Counted from the stretch's first letter, positions 39,486-50,660 are shown. The stretch is 64,000 bases of DNA from Bdellovibrionota bacterium (GCA_044347345.1 JBIKUX010000007.1:42310-106309); one strand, 5' to 3'. Program-made: numbers and translations. Notes: generated from the sequence alone by a model not told the origin.

Positions 39486-40529
39486 ATGTCTTCCTCACAT
39501 TCATCTATCTTTCCAAACGCTACTACTGCCACCTTACCAAATCTGCCACTGTTAAACCTCGAGGTTACGGCAGTGCCAAAAAAGCCTCTAGCTTTACCAG
39601 CTTTTAAGGGCTCTTGGCTACGAGGTATTTTAGGAGTAGAGCTAAAGCGCTCAGTTTGCCTTTTTCCTGACCATATTTTATGCAATCAGTGTGAAGTAGT
39701 ATCAAGTTGTGGCTTTCCTCTGCTCTATGGTGAGGGTGTTTCTGGTACTAATGGAGCTCCCCCACTTTATATAATCCGATTGAGCAAAACTGAGAGCAAT
39801 TTTTCCACCGATAGAAATTGTTCTATCGAAACTCCCCTCAAATTTGGAATATCCCTTATAGGGCCAGCCACATCTTGGGCTCTTCAGATAGTCATCGCTT
39901 TAAAAAAGGCTCTTTTTGCTCGTCATATTAATTTGCAGTCAGTGATATCAGAAGACACTCTAATCTTTAGTTCAGATGGAGGCGGAGAGTGGAAATGGAC
40001 ACCTCCTACAATTCAATTTTTACCATTCCCTGAACTCATTCCCAATGCCTCTCATAAAACGATTAATACAGATAAAATTTCATCTGATGAAGGGCCACTG
40101 CAATATACCATTAATTTTATCTCTCCATTTCGAGTAAAAGCTAACGGCTCTTTAGTTAATGGTTCGAATCTTTCACTACCAATTTTGGTTTCAGCCATGG
40201 AGCGACGTCTGAGCACAACATGGAAGGTAGCAACTAACGTCACACCAGCTCGCGAACTTTTTAATGACATTAAGTTGGCTGCACAATCTGCAGTTCCAAC
40301 TCTAAAATCACTCACCTGGCATGAAGAAAGACGTTTTAGTCATCGTCAAAAAACTGGTATGAATCTGGGAGGTATCTATGGCACGGTTAGTTATCTACTA
40401 CCCTCACAAATTTTTAGTCAAGCATTTGACAACCTGTTTACAGTAGCCTCAAAACTGCATATCGGAAAACAAGTTTCCTTCGGTTTAGGTTCCTTTAGTT
40501 TTTCAAAAATAACTCATCTGATTGCCTGA
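39486..40529 (+). CDS. cas6: CRISPR RAMP endoribonuclease Cas6 (orphan)
   Basis: FKGSWLRGILG, Cys cluster C..ILC..C....SC, F.SPFRVK, RRFSHRQK..MNLGG, G-rich loop LHIGKQVSFGLG. Confidence 0.85.
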   Translation: MSSSHSSIFPNATTATLPNLPLLNLEVTAVPKKPLALPAFKGSWLRGILGVELKRSVCLFPDHILCNQCEVVSSCGFPLLYGEGVSGTNGAPPLYIIRLSKTESNFSTDRNCSIETPLKFGISLIGPATSWALQIVIALKKALFARHINLQSVISEDTLIFSSDGGGEWKWTPPTIQFLPFPELIPNASHKTINTDKISSDEGPLQYTINFISPFRVKANGSLVNGSNLSLPILVSAMERRLSTTWKVATNVTPARELFNDIKLAAQSAVPTLKSLTWHEERRFSHRQKTGMNLGGIYGTVSYLLPSQIFSQAFDNLFTVASKLHIGKQVSFGLGSFSFSKITHLIA

Positions 40530-40684
40530 TTGAAGCATAGTATTGCTTTAGAAAAAGATACTGAATAAAAAAGCTCCAAAAGAATTTTGGTAGCCAAGCT
40601 TTAATTTTTCATAACACTGATCTACGCCTCTACTATTTTAGTTCAAATTTATAATATTATAATAGAACTTTCGCTCCGCACCTC

Positions 40685-42121
40685 TTAGCTCAAATCTAGA
40701 GAATCAGCGACTAGAGAATCAGTTAATGGAGGACGCAGGAGCAACTTTCTTGCGGCTATTGCTGTTTCTGCCAAGGAAACATGAGTTCTGTGAAGGCGTC
40801 CAATCTGATTAAGATGGTCTGCTGTTTGAGATATAAGCCTTGATATATCTCCAGGAGCCGCTCCCGCTAACGTTATAAGGGATACAAACTCATCCCAACT
40901 AGTAGAGTACATCCACTCCACCGCTGCTGTGGCAGCATCTGGAACAACTTTAAGCTCAACTGTAAGTGGACTATCATAGGCCGCTCTTACCTTGGCAACT
41001 ATCTCCTCTAACTTACGTACTTCAGAAGAGCCTAAAGGACTTCGCTTAATGGAAAAATATTGCCTATGCGGATCAGCTGAAAGGGATGCAACTATTGCCA
41101 CCAATTTTTCAGAAGTGACTCCATCGACTAAACCAGCTTCAATTATCTCAGCAAGCTCAAGAACCAGACTAGTGCACAATTCAGCAGCCCAGAGTCCTTT
41201 AATTGTAAGATTACCATTCTCAATAAATTTTAGAGATTCAAGACCAACTAATGATTGCCTAAGCTGAGACAACTGTCGCCCCTCAAGTTGGTCAGCCTCT
41301 CTCTCAAGTCTCCTAGCTCTTTTCTCAATACGCTTTTTCTGGGTCTCTTTCAGAGACTCCCCACCATCTCCACTTTGCGAATAAATACTCATTACTTCCT
41401 CACGCAAACCCTTGGCGGTTTTACGATCCAGAAAGGCTGCCAAACTACGGGCAACAGTGTAACTTAGATCATCTACATTTCGAAATTTTAAAAGATTTAA
41501 CACCGTTGAAGGCGCAGCAAAATAAGCAGAGCTTAAGGGCTCGGGAGGGCGATTTGCCACCTCATGAATAACTCTAGCATCACAAAACAAACTCGGAGCC
41601 ACAAGACATAATCCCACCGCATCTTTACCTCTGCGACCGGCTCTACCTGCCATTTGCTGGAGCTCAGATGGAAGTAATACTCTAAATCCCTCGGAACCTC
41701 TCTTACTGTGAGAAGTAATCACAACACTTCGAGCTGGAAAATCTACGCCAGCTGCTACAGTTCCTGTAGCTATCAATAAACGGAGCAATCCTTGAGCCAT
41801 GAGCTCTTCAAGCAACAAGCGCCACTGCAAAAGCTGCCCTGCATGATGAGCTCCTGCACCTGTTTGAACTAAAGCCGCATACTGTGGATGAGCTCTAATA
41901 ACCTCAGCCATGAATTGATACTTAACAAGTACAGCATCTACTGCACGTTCAATCTTATCTTGATGTACCTGAGAAAGCTTTGTGGTCCGACCTGAAGCAA
42001 GAAATTCTATATCTAAGTCACATTGCTTGCGGGCTGATCTAAAAAGAATAGCAGGAATAAGTGAATCTCGTTCTAATTGAGCAAGGATTAGACGCACTGG
42101 ATATTCGCGGAGAATTGTCAT
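40685..42121 (-). CDS. Ski2/HelY-type DExH helicase, C-terminal half (RecA2 plus C-terminal domain)
   Basis: PAILFRSARKQCD, HHAGQL, ATGTVAAGVDFPARSV, QQMAGRAGRRG. Confidence 0.85.
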   Translation of the reverse strand: MTILREYPVRLILAQLERDSLIPAILFRSARKQCDLDIEFLASGRTTKLSQVHQDKIERAVDAVLVKYQFMAEVIRAHPQYAALVQTGAGAHHAGQLLQWRLLLEELMAQGLLRLLIATGTVAAGVDFPARSVVITSHSKRGSEGFRVLLPSELQQMAGRAGRRGKDAVGLCLVAPSLFCDARVIHEVANRPPEPLSSAYFAAPSTVLNLLKFRNVDDLSYTVARSLAAFLDRKTAKGLREEVMSIYSQSGDGGESLKETQKKRIEKRARRLEREADQLEGRQLSQLRQSLVGLESLKFIENGNLTIKGLWAAELCTSLVLELAEIIEAGLVDGVTSEKLVAIVASLSADPHRQYFSIKRSPLGSSEVRKLEEIVAKVRAAYDSPLTVELKVVPDAATAAVEWMYSTSWDEFVSLITLAGAAPGDISRLISQTADHLNQIGRLHRTHVSLAETAIAARKLLLRPPLTDSLVADSLDLS

Positions 42122-42135
42122 GGTGCTTTTGTACC

Positions 42136-43023
42136 TTATGATGAGCGGGTTCGATTTGGACGGTTTGAATCTCTGCGAGAACGTGCTTGACCTTCTTTCT
42201 TACTGGAACTAAATCGACCATTATTTTGATTAGTATTTTTGATATTTTTTTTCTTAGCTATCAAGCTCCTACCCAGTGGCGGCCTTAGACGCATTCCGGT
42301 TTGATCTAGAGTAGCTCCTTGATAAAACTCTGCTACTTCAGAAAATATGGCGCCACCTGCATCACGTAAAGGTAAAACTCCGTAGTCTGGATGCAAAAAA
42401 CCGTAGCGTAATTCCACCGGTCGCACGGCTTTTGTTACAACTACACACTCCTTACCACGCACTTCACTTATCCATTCAGCAATTTCAATGTAGTTTGAAA
42501 TTGACGCAGAAAGCATTAATAACGTTGAACTAAGTGGAGTAAGTATGATGCTCTCTTCCCATACTGGCCCCCGTTGCGCATCAGAAATATAATGCACTTC
42601 ATCGAGAACAACTAAACTATACCGCTCACCCACTCTATAAAGTTCATTACGATATATTTCGGTAGTCGCTACTACAACAGCCGCATCTCCTTCAATCTTT
42701 CTGTCACCTGTTAACAATCCTACCGGATACTCTGGCTCAAATTTAGCCTTTAATTCATTAAATTTAGTATTTGAAAGAGCCTTTAAAGGTGTGGTATAGA
42801 CTGCTGAACTCTTTTGAGCCAAAGTGGTTTTGATTGCCTCAAGCGCAATAAATGTTTTACCAGAGCCCGTAGGCGCTACTACCAAGACGTCTTTTTTCTC
42901 TCCAACGGCAGCTATTGCCTCTCTCTGAAAATCATCTACAACAAAAAGCTCGCCTTCAGGAGTACCTATTCCACTTAAAAAATTTGCTCTAGCATTTTCG
43001 ATACGACGCAGTTTATTCCCCAC
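42136..43023 (-). CDS. Ski2/HelY-type DExH helicase, N-terminal half (RecA1)
   Basis: DDFQREA, APTGSGKT, TTPLKALSN, GLLTGD, DEVH, LSAS, RPVEL. Confidence 0.88.
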   Translation of the reverse strand: MGNKLRRIENARANFLSGIGTPEGELFVVDDFQREAIAAVGEKKDVLVVAPTGSGKTFIALEAIKTTLAQKSSAVYTTPLKALSNTKFNELKAKFEPEYPVGLLTGDRKIEGDAAVVVATTEIYRNELYRVGERYSLVVLDEVHYISDAQRGPVWEESIILTPLSSTLLMLSASISNYIEIAEWISEVRGKECVVVTKAVRPVELRYGFLHPDYGVLPLRDAGGAIFSEVAEFYQGATLDQTGMRLRPPLGRSLIAKKKNIKNTNQNNGRFSSSKKEGQARSRRDSNRPNRTRSS

Positions 43024-43045
43024 AAAATATCCACTTAACCTGTTT

Positions 43046-43861
43046 TTATCTCACCTCAGATGTGTTTAGTAAATCAAACCGACACTGAACAAATGTGCTC
43101 AATTCCTTAAAATGATCACTATCATTTTCAAACGACACCCTTACAGAATTATTTTTACCTCTCGCTCGCATCTCAGCAAGTGTACCCGACCAACTTATCC
43201 TTCCATTAAAAAGGGCAAGAACTGTTCCCACAGTAGGCAAAAGTCGTCTCAAATCATGACTAACTAAAATCACGGTGCTATTATACTCTTTCTGCAGCTC
43301 AACTATTAGGCTCATAATTACACTACTAGCTACAGGATCTAGTCCGCTAGTTGGATCATCAAGCAAAAGAAGTGATGGATGGTTCACTAAAGCCCGAGCT
43401 AACGATACGCGTCGCCTCATTCCTCCGCTTAGCTCTCCCGGCATTTTCGCCCACGCCCAGTCTAAACCAACTCTAGCGAGAATAGCTATGCTACGTTCTC
43501 GAGCTTCATCTTGCTCATTCGCGGCAAGACGGTCAATTGGAACTCTTCCACTCACTAAAGGAAAAGCTACATTGTCTAAAACTGAGAAAGAATCAAACAA
43601 AGCTCCCTCTTGAAACATCAAACTTACTGATATTGACCCATCTTGCCTACCTACATTTGGATAGCCATAGATGTTTCCACCTGATAACGGATAAATACCA
43701 GCTAAAGTTTTCAGAAATAAGCTTTTTCCTCCACCACTGGGTCCGATGAGGCCAGCTAAAGTTCCGTGAGGCAAAACAAAAGACAACCCATCCAGTACTA
43801 TTCGTCCATTAGCTTCCACTAGCAGATTATCAACTATTAAAGATTCCTGTTTTTCAAACAT
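43046..43861 (-). CDS. ABC transporter ATP-binding protein (MlaF/Mkl-like)
   Basis: GPSGGGKS, FQEGALFDS, LSGGMRRRVSLARA, DDPTSGLDPV, SHD. Confidence 0.88.
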   Translation of the reverse strand: MFEKQESLIVDNLLVEANGRIVLDGLSFVLPHGTLAGLIGPSGGGKSLFLKTLAGIYPLSGGNIYGYPNVGRQDGSISVSLMFQEGALFDSFSVLDNVAFPLVSGRVPIDRLAANEQDEARERSIAILARVGLDWAWAKMPGELSGGMRRRVSLARALVNHPSLLLLDDPTSGLDPVASSVIMSLIVELQKEYNSTVILVSHDLRRLLPTVGTVLALFNGRISWSGTLAEMRARGKNNSVRVSFENDSDHFKELSTFVQCRFDLLNTSEVR

Positions 43862-43886
43862 ACTATGACAATTGTTTCTAGTTGCA

Positions 43887-44924
43887 CTATTTCGCAAACA
43901 TTGATAGGTGACTCGCTTCGCATCTATTAAGTCTAGCTTCACTCAGAATAACCTTTTGCTCGTCTAATGATCGGGCTCTGCAAATCGGAACTGCCCATAT
44001 TTCTCCAGTGCCCATTTGAGCTGCAAGTTGCTTTATCTTCCCCGGAATGGCAGTTGGTGGCAGATACTCTTCTAGTAGTTCTACATATCTCTCCATCGTA
44101 GATAGCTTCCAGTCATATGGGCGATTAAAGGATGAAGATGAGGTGATTCTTTTGAATATATATGGATCATTCATAGCTGCTCTTCCGATATAAAGCCCTG
44201 CTATCTTGTTACGAGCTCCATCCTCATCATGCAAAGCTAAATAAGCCGAAGCAGCATCTACAATATCTCCACTACCACAAACTGGTATTGAAACTGAATT
44301 AGCCACTTCACGCACAATACCCCAATCAGCCCGACCACGATAAAGTTCAACCCGAGTACGACCATGAACTGTAATCCCGTCAACCCCCTCTCCTTCGCAG
44401 ATGTGAGCTATTTCCACGGCATTTTTTACATTACTATCCCAACCAGAGCGCATTTTTAAAGTGAGTGGAATAGAGACTGCTTTACGAACTGAGCGAAGTA
44501 TTTCCTGAAGATGTTGTGGTTGTCTCATCAATTCACATCCCCCTCCACGTTTAACCACTTTCGGAGCCGGGCAACCACAATTAATGTCTAATATATCCGC
44601 ACCACTATCCTGAACTAAGCGGGCCGCTTCTGTCATACGATAAATATCATAGCCAAATATCTGCACAGCAAAGGGAGCTTCATCACTGAATCTGGCTATC
44701 ATATCCATGGTACGATGATTGCCACGAGTCATTCCTTCAACTGATACAAACTCAGAAACCGTTAACCCCAAACAATTCATTAATCCTGATCCAACGGCGC
44801 TACATTCTGAGATCAGTTGGCGAAATGCTCTAGTAGTAACGCCACTCATGGGCGCTAAAACCAACCCTGAAGAGATAGTTAATTTACCTAAGCTAAACGA
44901 GGGTAATGACGACACTATATGCAT
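43887..44924 (-). CDS. dusB: tRNA-dihydrouridine synthase
   Basis: LAPMSGVT, VQIFG, DINCGCP, KMRSGW, VHGRT, GSGDI. Confidence 0.9.
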   Translation of the reverse strand: MHIVSSLPSFSLGKLTISSGLVLAPMSGVTTRAFRQLISECSAVGSGLMNCLGLTVSEFVSVEGMTRGNHRTMDMIARFSDEAPFAVQIFGYDIYRMTEAARLVQDSGADILDINCGCPAPKVVKRGGGCELMRQPQHLQEILRSVRKAVSIPLTLKMRSGWDSNVKNAVEIAHICEGEGVDGITVHGRTRVELYRGRADWGIVREVANSVSIPVCGSGDIVDAASAYLALHDEDGARNKIAGLYIGRAAMNDPYIFKRITSSSSFNRPYDWKLSTMERYVELLEEYLPPTAIPGKIKQLAAQMGTGEIWAVPICRARSLDEQKVILSEARLNRCEASHLSMFAK

Positions 44925-44942
44925 AAATACGAGCTATCTAAC

Positions 44943-46736
44943 CTAACTTTCCATTTTTGTATCTTGAATTATAGAAGTGGCAGCAAGAATAGCTTTTTTA
45001 ATGGCCGAGCTTAGATCGCGAATTGTAAAAGGCTTACGAAGAAAAAAAGTAGCACGATGAGTTAGTAAATCATCAACTGTTTCTGGAACCCACATGCCAC
45101 TGATAACTATAACTGGCATCTCTGGGAACCTCTTACGAACCTCTCTTACAACTAAATCTCCACCTAAATAAGGCATAACGATGTCTACCATAGCCAAAAG
45201 GAACGGACTTTGACGAGACTTTAGTTTCTCTAAAGCTTCTTCACCAGAAGCTGCGGACTCTACCGAATACCCAAGATGACGCAGGCTCATTGCTATGGCA
45301 TTTCGAACTAACTCTTCATCATCTACAACTAAAATAGTTTTATCTGAATCAAATGTTGAATATGCTTGAGTTTGTGATTGAGTTTGAGGGCTGTCATAAA
45401 TTTTCTGAGGATTACCAGCATCTATAACATTAGACTGCTTCAAATTTTCGCTCAATGCGTCACTAGTAACTTTACGAGCTAAGAATACCGTAACTGTTGT
45501 GCCAACTGATTCTTTAGATTCAACTTCTACTAACCCACCAAATCTGGTAACTATCGACCAAACGGTCGATAAACCCAGACCTATTCCTCGTCCAGCCTTC
45601 GTGGAAAAAAATGGCCGAAAGATAAACTTCTTCACATCACTCGGGATACCACATCCTTTATCGGTAATGCGCAGCATAACACAGGATTCGCTTCCCACAG
45701 ATTGTTGTTTTAACTTGCCTCCGTTTACCTCCTTAAGCTCTATGCCAATTTCACCACTCTCCCCAAGTGCATCGCGTGCATTTATTACGAGATTTACGAT
45801 AACTTGCGAAAGAGGTCCCTCGGAGCCCAACACAAGACACTCTTCATCGGTAACATCTAAATTTAAACTAAAGTTTGGAGATAAAGCTCCGCGAAGCAAC
45901 TTGCAGGTACTTAAAACCACATCTCTTAGAGAAATTTGGGAAACCTCATCTTCTTCCTTTTTTGCAAAAGCCAGAATTTGTCGAGTGATCTGAGCTGATT
46001 TCTTTGCCCCCTGTTCAATAGCATCTATTGATTCAATATGAGTACCAGTTCTAGGGAGTATCGACTTAAGAAAAGAAACATGGCCTAAAATACCAGTAAG
46101 CATATTATTAAAATCATGCGCTACTCCTCCTGCAAGGATGCCCAGTGTCTCAAGCCTTTGTGGATGCAAATGGGTATCCTGCATTCTAAAGGTATCGCTG
46201 ATAATTTTATGCGAAAATTCTGGGCTCAAAGATTTACCATAATCAGGAGGGATAGTGGGATGTACACTATGTAAAACTAATCCTTTTATACCGTCGATAA
46301 ACTTAAGTTCTTCAACTCGCGCAACCAAACCCAAACCCAAACCCAAACCCAAACCCAAACCCTGACCGCGACCCTGAGCCAGCTCATTCTGCGAAGACGC
46401 GCTGTTCGGACTCTGATAACAGAGACGCATTAGCTGTAACTCACCACCCGATAAAATTCTGCAAGAAGAGTCATCAGCAAATAAATCATCACACAACAAA
46501 TGATCCGAGACGGCCAAACGGTGATCGATTAAGGTACAAGAAATAGTAGCTCCTACTATTTCTTGTACCTCACCGCTATCTTCATCTGCATTCTGACCTA
46601 GTAACAATTTTTCAGCTTGCTTATTTACATAAAGGCATACTCCAGCGGTATCAAGAAAGATTATTGGCAAAGAAATAGAGTGAATAACATGTTGGAAAAG
46701 AGGTAACATGTACACATAATCTAGCTGAAAGGTCAT
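44943..46736 (-). CDS. Hybrid sensor histidine kinase/response regulator (PAS-HisKA-HATPase-REC)
   Basis: AGGVAHDFNN, NLVINARDA, DKGCGI, PFFSTK, GLGLS, VVDDE, DIVMP, KPF. Confidence 0.92.
   Translation of the reverse strand: MTFQLDYVYMLPLFQHVIHSISLPIIFLDTAGVCLYVNKQAEKLLLGQNADEDSGEVQEIVGATISCTLIDHRLAVSDHLLCDDLFADDSSCRILSGGELQLMRLCYQSPNSASSQNELAQGRGQGLGLGLGLGLGLVARVEELKFIDGIKGLVLHSVHPTIPPDYGKSLSPEFSHKIISDTFRMQDTHLHPQRLETLGILAGGVAHDFNNMLTGILGHVSFLKSILPRTGTHIESIDAIEQGAKKSAQITRQILAFAKKEEDEVSQISLRDVVLSTCKLLRGALSPNFSLNLDVTDEECLVLGSEGPLSQVIVNLVINARDALGESGEIGIELKEVNGGKLKQQSVGSESCVMLRITDKGCGIPSDVKKFIFRPFFSTKAGRGIGLGLSTVWSIVTRFGGLVEVESKESVGTTVTVFLARKVTSDALSENLKQSNVIDAGNPQKIYDSPQTQSQTQAYSTFDSDKTILVVDDEELVRNAIAMSLRHLGYSVESAASGEEALEKLKSRQSPFLLAMVDIVMPYLGGDLVVREVRKRFPEMPVIVISGMWVPETVDDLLTHRATFFLRKPFTIRDLSSAIKKAILAATSIIQDTKMES
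46325..46361. repeat. (CCAAAC)6 microsatellite encoding a Gly-Leu repeat in the kinase
   Basis: Seen directly; translates to GLGLGLGLGLGL. Confidence 0.9.
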
Positions 46737-47296
46737 CTATGCAACCTTACATAACTATTAATTTGTCTTAAATTGTCCTAAAAATAAAAAAATTGAACTC
46801 ACAGTAATTTTTTCAATTGAAGATCCACTAGTACACATAAGTACGAAAAAAATCCTATCTAGCCCAATTAAAAAATTTACTGCACCATCATTGTGGTAGG
46901 GCTCTTAGTTTTAGGTAATTGTGGCATTATTTAAAACTATTTATCGTTATTCATAACACCGTGATGGGATTTTGTGTAGTCGGTGAATCGTTATAGAAAG
47001 AGGAGAATCCTAACGAGAGAGTAGTTGAATAAAAGCAGTGGAAGTATAAGAGGTAACAGCACAAAACAGTGCTTACAAAAGATTACTTAAAAAATTTCGA
47101 GGCAACGCTTCGAACAAAAATCAGCTATCCAGCTGATTTGGCAGTAAAGGGTTTGAATAAAAAGACTTAAAAAAAGGAGTGGGTTGATAACAAAGAACTG
47201 CTGATTAAAAATTATTAAGTTATTAAAATTGTTAGCAAATCTTAGTTTCAATGCCGTTTATAATGTAAAGGGTTTCACTTTAAAAGGGGAAATGCA

Positions 47297-47665
47297 ATGT
47301 CCCAGAAGTTAAAAGGTACCGTTAAGTGGTTTAACGATGCTAAGGGTTATGGATTTATCGAACACAGTACTGGAAGAGATGTCTTTGTGCATTTCAGTGT
47401 CATCGAAGGTGAGGGGTATAAAACCTTAAAGGATGGTGAACCAGTTGAATACGATATCGTAGAGGGTGAAAAAGGGTTACATGCAAAAAGTGTTCGCCGC
47501 TTGAATCCTCCTCTAAAAAAGGTAGCTAGCTCTCTAAACATTGAAGTGACAGTTTCAGAGGACAATGAATTATTCTCTAATCTACCAAAATCAGAATCGA
47601 GCGATATCATCATTAGTTCCTATCCTACAATAAAATCGGATTCATTATCTTCCAGCGGAGAATAG
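47297..47665 (+). CDS. Cold-shock domain protein with a C-terminal extension
   Basis: [22 protein letters not shown]. Confidence 0.93.
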   Translation: MSQKLKGTVKWFNDAKGYGFIEHSTGRDVFVHFSVIEGEGYKTLKDGEPVEYDIVEGEKGLHAKSVRRLNPPLKKVASSLNIEVTVSEDNELFSNLPKSESSDIIISSYPTIKSDSLSSSGE

Positions 47666-47817
47666 CACTCTTCGGAAAAATCTTGATGACCAAAACTACT
47701 GTAAGAGAACACAAGTAAGGGACTAGAATTTTACTGGTGAAAAACTCACGGAAGAGCTTTACCCCTAGCCCTTCTAAAACAGATTATCTTACAAACTACA
47801 CTGGGCATTAACACTTT

Positions 47818-48921
47818 TTAGACTTGTGCTTCTAGAAAAGGTAAATTAGTAGGCCGTTTTTGTCTAATTTCTTTAGTTGCAAGCTGGCCACAAGCTGCAT
47901 CGATATCTGGACCTTTAGACCATCTGATAGTTGTACGAATACCAGACTCGCTCAGTTTTCTTAACCAACAGTGCGCCCATTCTTCAGTGGGGGGAGAGAA
48001 ACCAAGGCCAGCGTTACTGTTATAAGGAATAAGATTAATCTTTGCCGCAATTCCTTTCAAAAGTTTAGGTAACCTCTGTAAATCTTGTGGAGTGTCGTTA
48101 ACACCCGATAACATTACATATTCCACAGTTACCTGATTTTTGTTCTTTTTTGCCCCCAAATAGCTAGGCCAACCAGTCCTAAGCGTTTCTAACAGACTAT
48201 TTAGCGGATACTTCCTGTTTACCGGCATAATGGCGCTACGAACTTCGTCAGTAGTAGCATTAAGGGATACAGCGAGACTAGCCGGTACTTCTGTTCTAAA
48301 TTTTACTATTGCTGGCACTAATCCGACTGTTGATATCGTTATTTTTCTAGGAGAGATGCGAAAACCGTATTCACTGGTCAATATTTTAGTAGCACGAGCT
48401 ACATTATCAAAATTATGCAGAGGTTCTCCCATTCCCATAAAGACCATATTGGAAAAAGAGGCACCGTATTGAGCCGCATCTGACATAACCAATCGAACCT
48501 GAGCTAAGATTTCACTGGTATCTAGATGTCTTATAAAACCCATCGTACCTGTGCGACAAAAACTACATGCCATGCCACACCCTACCTGGGAAGATACACA
48601 CAGAGTGTATCTATTAGGCTGTTTTATAAGAACGGTTTCTACCTTTTGGCCATTGGGAAGCTTTATTAAGTATTTTCGAGTACCATCCGAAGAGTCGACT
48701 CGCTGTTCAACGGTGGCATCAAGAAAAACAAATCTCTCATCGATGAAATCTCGCAACGAGCGAGCGATATTACTCATCGCTCCAACATCAGTTACACTCT
48801 TCCTGTAAACCCATTCAAAAAGTTGTACAGCTCTAAACTCTGGTTCACCACGCTCTTTTGCCAGTAGCGAGGTGAGCTCTGGAAGGGAGAAAGAGAAAAA
48901 ATTTAACTTATCGCCACTCAC
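47818..48921 (-). CDS. rlmN: 23S rRNA/tRNA m2A methyltransferase
   Basis: CVSSQVGCGMACSFC, MGMGEP, DIDAACGQL. Confidence 0.95.
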   Translation of the reverse strand: MSGDKLNFFSFSLPELTSLLAKERGEPEFRAVQLFEWVYRKSVTDVGAMSNIARSLRDFIDERFVFLDATVEQRVDSSDGTRKYLIKLPNGQKVETVLIKQPNRYTLCVSSQVGCGMACSFCRTGTMGFIRHLDTSEILAQVRLVMSDAAQYGASFSNMVFMGMGEPLHNFDNVARATKILTSEYGFRISPRKITISTVGLVPAIVKFRTEVPASLAVSLNATTDEVRSAIMPVNRKYPLNSLLETLRTGWPSYLGAKKNKNQVTVEYVMLSGVNDTPQDLQRLPKLLKGIAAKINLIPYNSNAGLGFSPPTEEWAHCWLRKLSESGIRTTIRWSKGPDIDAACGQLATKEIRQKRPTNLPFLEAQV

Positions 48922-48969
48922 ATCAAATCAATTGAAATTATAATTTCAAAAATCTTTGCTTAATAAAAA

Positions 48970-49383
48970 TTACCGTGCTAACTCGGGAAAGAAGAATGCT
49001 ACCTCATCAGCCGCTGTCTCCTTACTATCTGACCCATGAACGGAGTTTTCACCGATGCTAAGAGCAAAGTCCCTACGAATAGTACCTGCCTGAGCTTTAG
49101 CTGGATCAGTTGCTCCCATAATTTCGCGATTTTTTAAAACTGCCCCTTCTCCCTCCAGTACTGAGACAAACACAGGTCCACTTATCATAAATGAAACTAG
49201 CTCTTCAAAAAATGGTCTTTCCTTGTGCACAGCATAAAACTGCTCAGCCGACTCTCGACTTAAAGTGACTAATTTGGCTGCTACTAGAACGAGCCCCGCG
49301 TCTTCAAATTTTTGGATTATTTTCCCGATAATATTTCTTTTAGTTGCATCGGGCTTAATTATTGAAAGAGTTCGCTCTACCAT
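48970..49383 (-). CDS. ndk: Nucleoside diphosphate kinase
   Basis: [23 protein letters not shown]. Confidence 0.97.
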   Translation of the reverse strand: MVERTLSIIKPDATKRNIIGKIIQKFEDAGLVLVAAKLVTLSRESAEQFYAVHKERPFFEELVSFMISGPVFVSVLEGEGAVLKNREIMGATDPAKAQAGTIRRDFALSIGENSVHGSDSKETAADEVAFFFPELAR

Positions 49384-49436
49384 TGTTATGATCCTTCTAA
49401 TACTTGTTTTCTGATTCTCTTTTCTAGTTCTTTTCT

Positions 49437-50660
49437 CTAATTCTCTTCTCTAATTCGAGCAGTAGCTTCGGCTAACCTCCTTAAGCCCTCAGCAATATTT
49501 TCATCTGAGGATGCAGTGCTCATGCGAAATGCTCGGTCATCACCAAATGGCGTACCAGGTACAATAGCTACCCCTGCTAATTCAAGGAGCCGAGACGCAA
49601 AATCCACGGAGTCCTTTACTTTACCTGATTCACAAAGTTCATCAATCCGTGGAAATAAATAAAAAGCCCCATCTGGTGCATGATGAAGCGACAAGCCAGG
49701 TATTTTTGCTATATTTGCACGAGCTAGTTCTGTACGGCGAGCAAAAGAGGCAATCATCCCATCTAAAAAATCCAATGGACCTCTAAGCGCAGCAAGACCA
49801 GCATACTGGGCAATCGAGCAAACGTTCGAAGTCGTCTGACTTTGATACTTACTCATGGCACTAATTAATGGTGTTGGACCTAACGCCCATCCTACCCGCC
49901 AACCCGTCATGGAGAATGTTTTTGAGCATGCACTGACAGTAACAAGGCGGTCTTGCAAGTCTGGAAGAACGGAACTAACAGAGCAAAAAGAAAAGTGAGA
50001 GAAGGTGAGCTTTTCATAAACTTCATCCGACAAAATCAGTAGATGATCCCCTACTTTACCTTGTTTAATGGCATCCCTTAATACCTCACCCAAGGCACTT
50101 AGATGTTCCCTAGAATACCCCATTCCCGTTGGGTTAGATGGGCTATTTAATATCACAACTCTAGTTCGAGGATTTAATGATTTTTCTAGCAACTCGGGAG
50201 TCATGAGATATCGATCAGTTGCTTTAGTAGAAACTACTCTTGGCACACCTCCGGCCAGCTCTACCATCGGAGGATAACTTACCCAATAAGGAGCTGGAAC
50301 AATAACTTCATCTCCTTGTTCAAGTACAACACTGAGAAATTGGTAAATAGCCTGCTTTCCCCCGTTGCACACGATTGTGTTTGCATCTGTATAAGTCACT
50401 TGATGCTGTTTGGAGTAATAAGTAGCAAGCTCTTTTCTTAACTCAGGAATACCAGGAACAGCCGTATATTTGGTTTTTCCCTGAGACATCGCTTGAAGCG
50501 CGGCTTCTTTAATGTGATCGGGAGTATCAATATCTGGCTCGCCCGTAGACAAATCAATAATTGACCTACCCAAAGCTTTGAGCTCAGTAGCTTTTTGCTT
50601 AACTGCAAGGGTGGCACTCGGAGCCAAACTCTTGAAGCGACGATTTATATAGCTAACCAC
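49437..50660 (-). CDS. PLP-dependent class I aminotransferase (aspartate aminotransferase-like)
   Basis: [29 protein letters not shown]. Confidence 0.93.
   Translation of the reverse strand: MVSYINRRFKSLAPSATLAVKQKATELKALGRSIIDLSTGEPDIDTPDHIKEAALQAMSQGKTKYTAVPGIPELRKELATYYSKQHQVTYTDANTIVCNGGKQAIYQFLSVVLEQGDEVIVPAPYWVSYPPMVELAGGVPRVVSTKATDRYLMTPELLEKSLNPRTRVVILNSPSNPTGMGYSREHLSALGEVLRDAIKQGKVGDHLLILSDEVYEKLTFSHFSFCSVSSVLPDLQDRLVTVSACSKTFSMTGWRVGWALGPTPLISAMSKYQSQTTSNVCSIAQYAGLAALRGPLDFLDGMIASFARRTELARANIAKIPGLSLHHAPDGAFYLFPRIDELCESGKVKDSVDFASRLLELAGVAIVPGTPFGDDRAFRMSTASSDENIAEGLRRLAEATARIREEN

Noticed and set aside
39357-40684. CRISPR array or mini-array beside cas6
   Set aside because: The flanks have only short AT-rich hairpins; I found no repeat-spacer periodicity here or elsewhere in the window.
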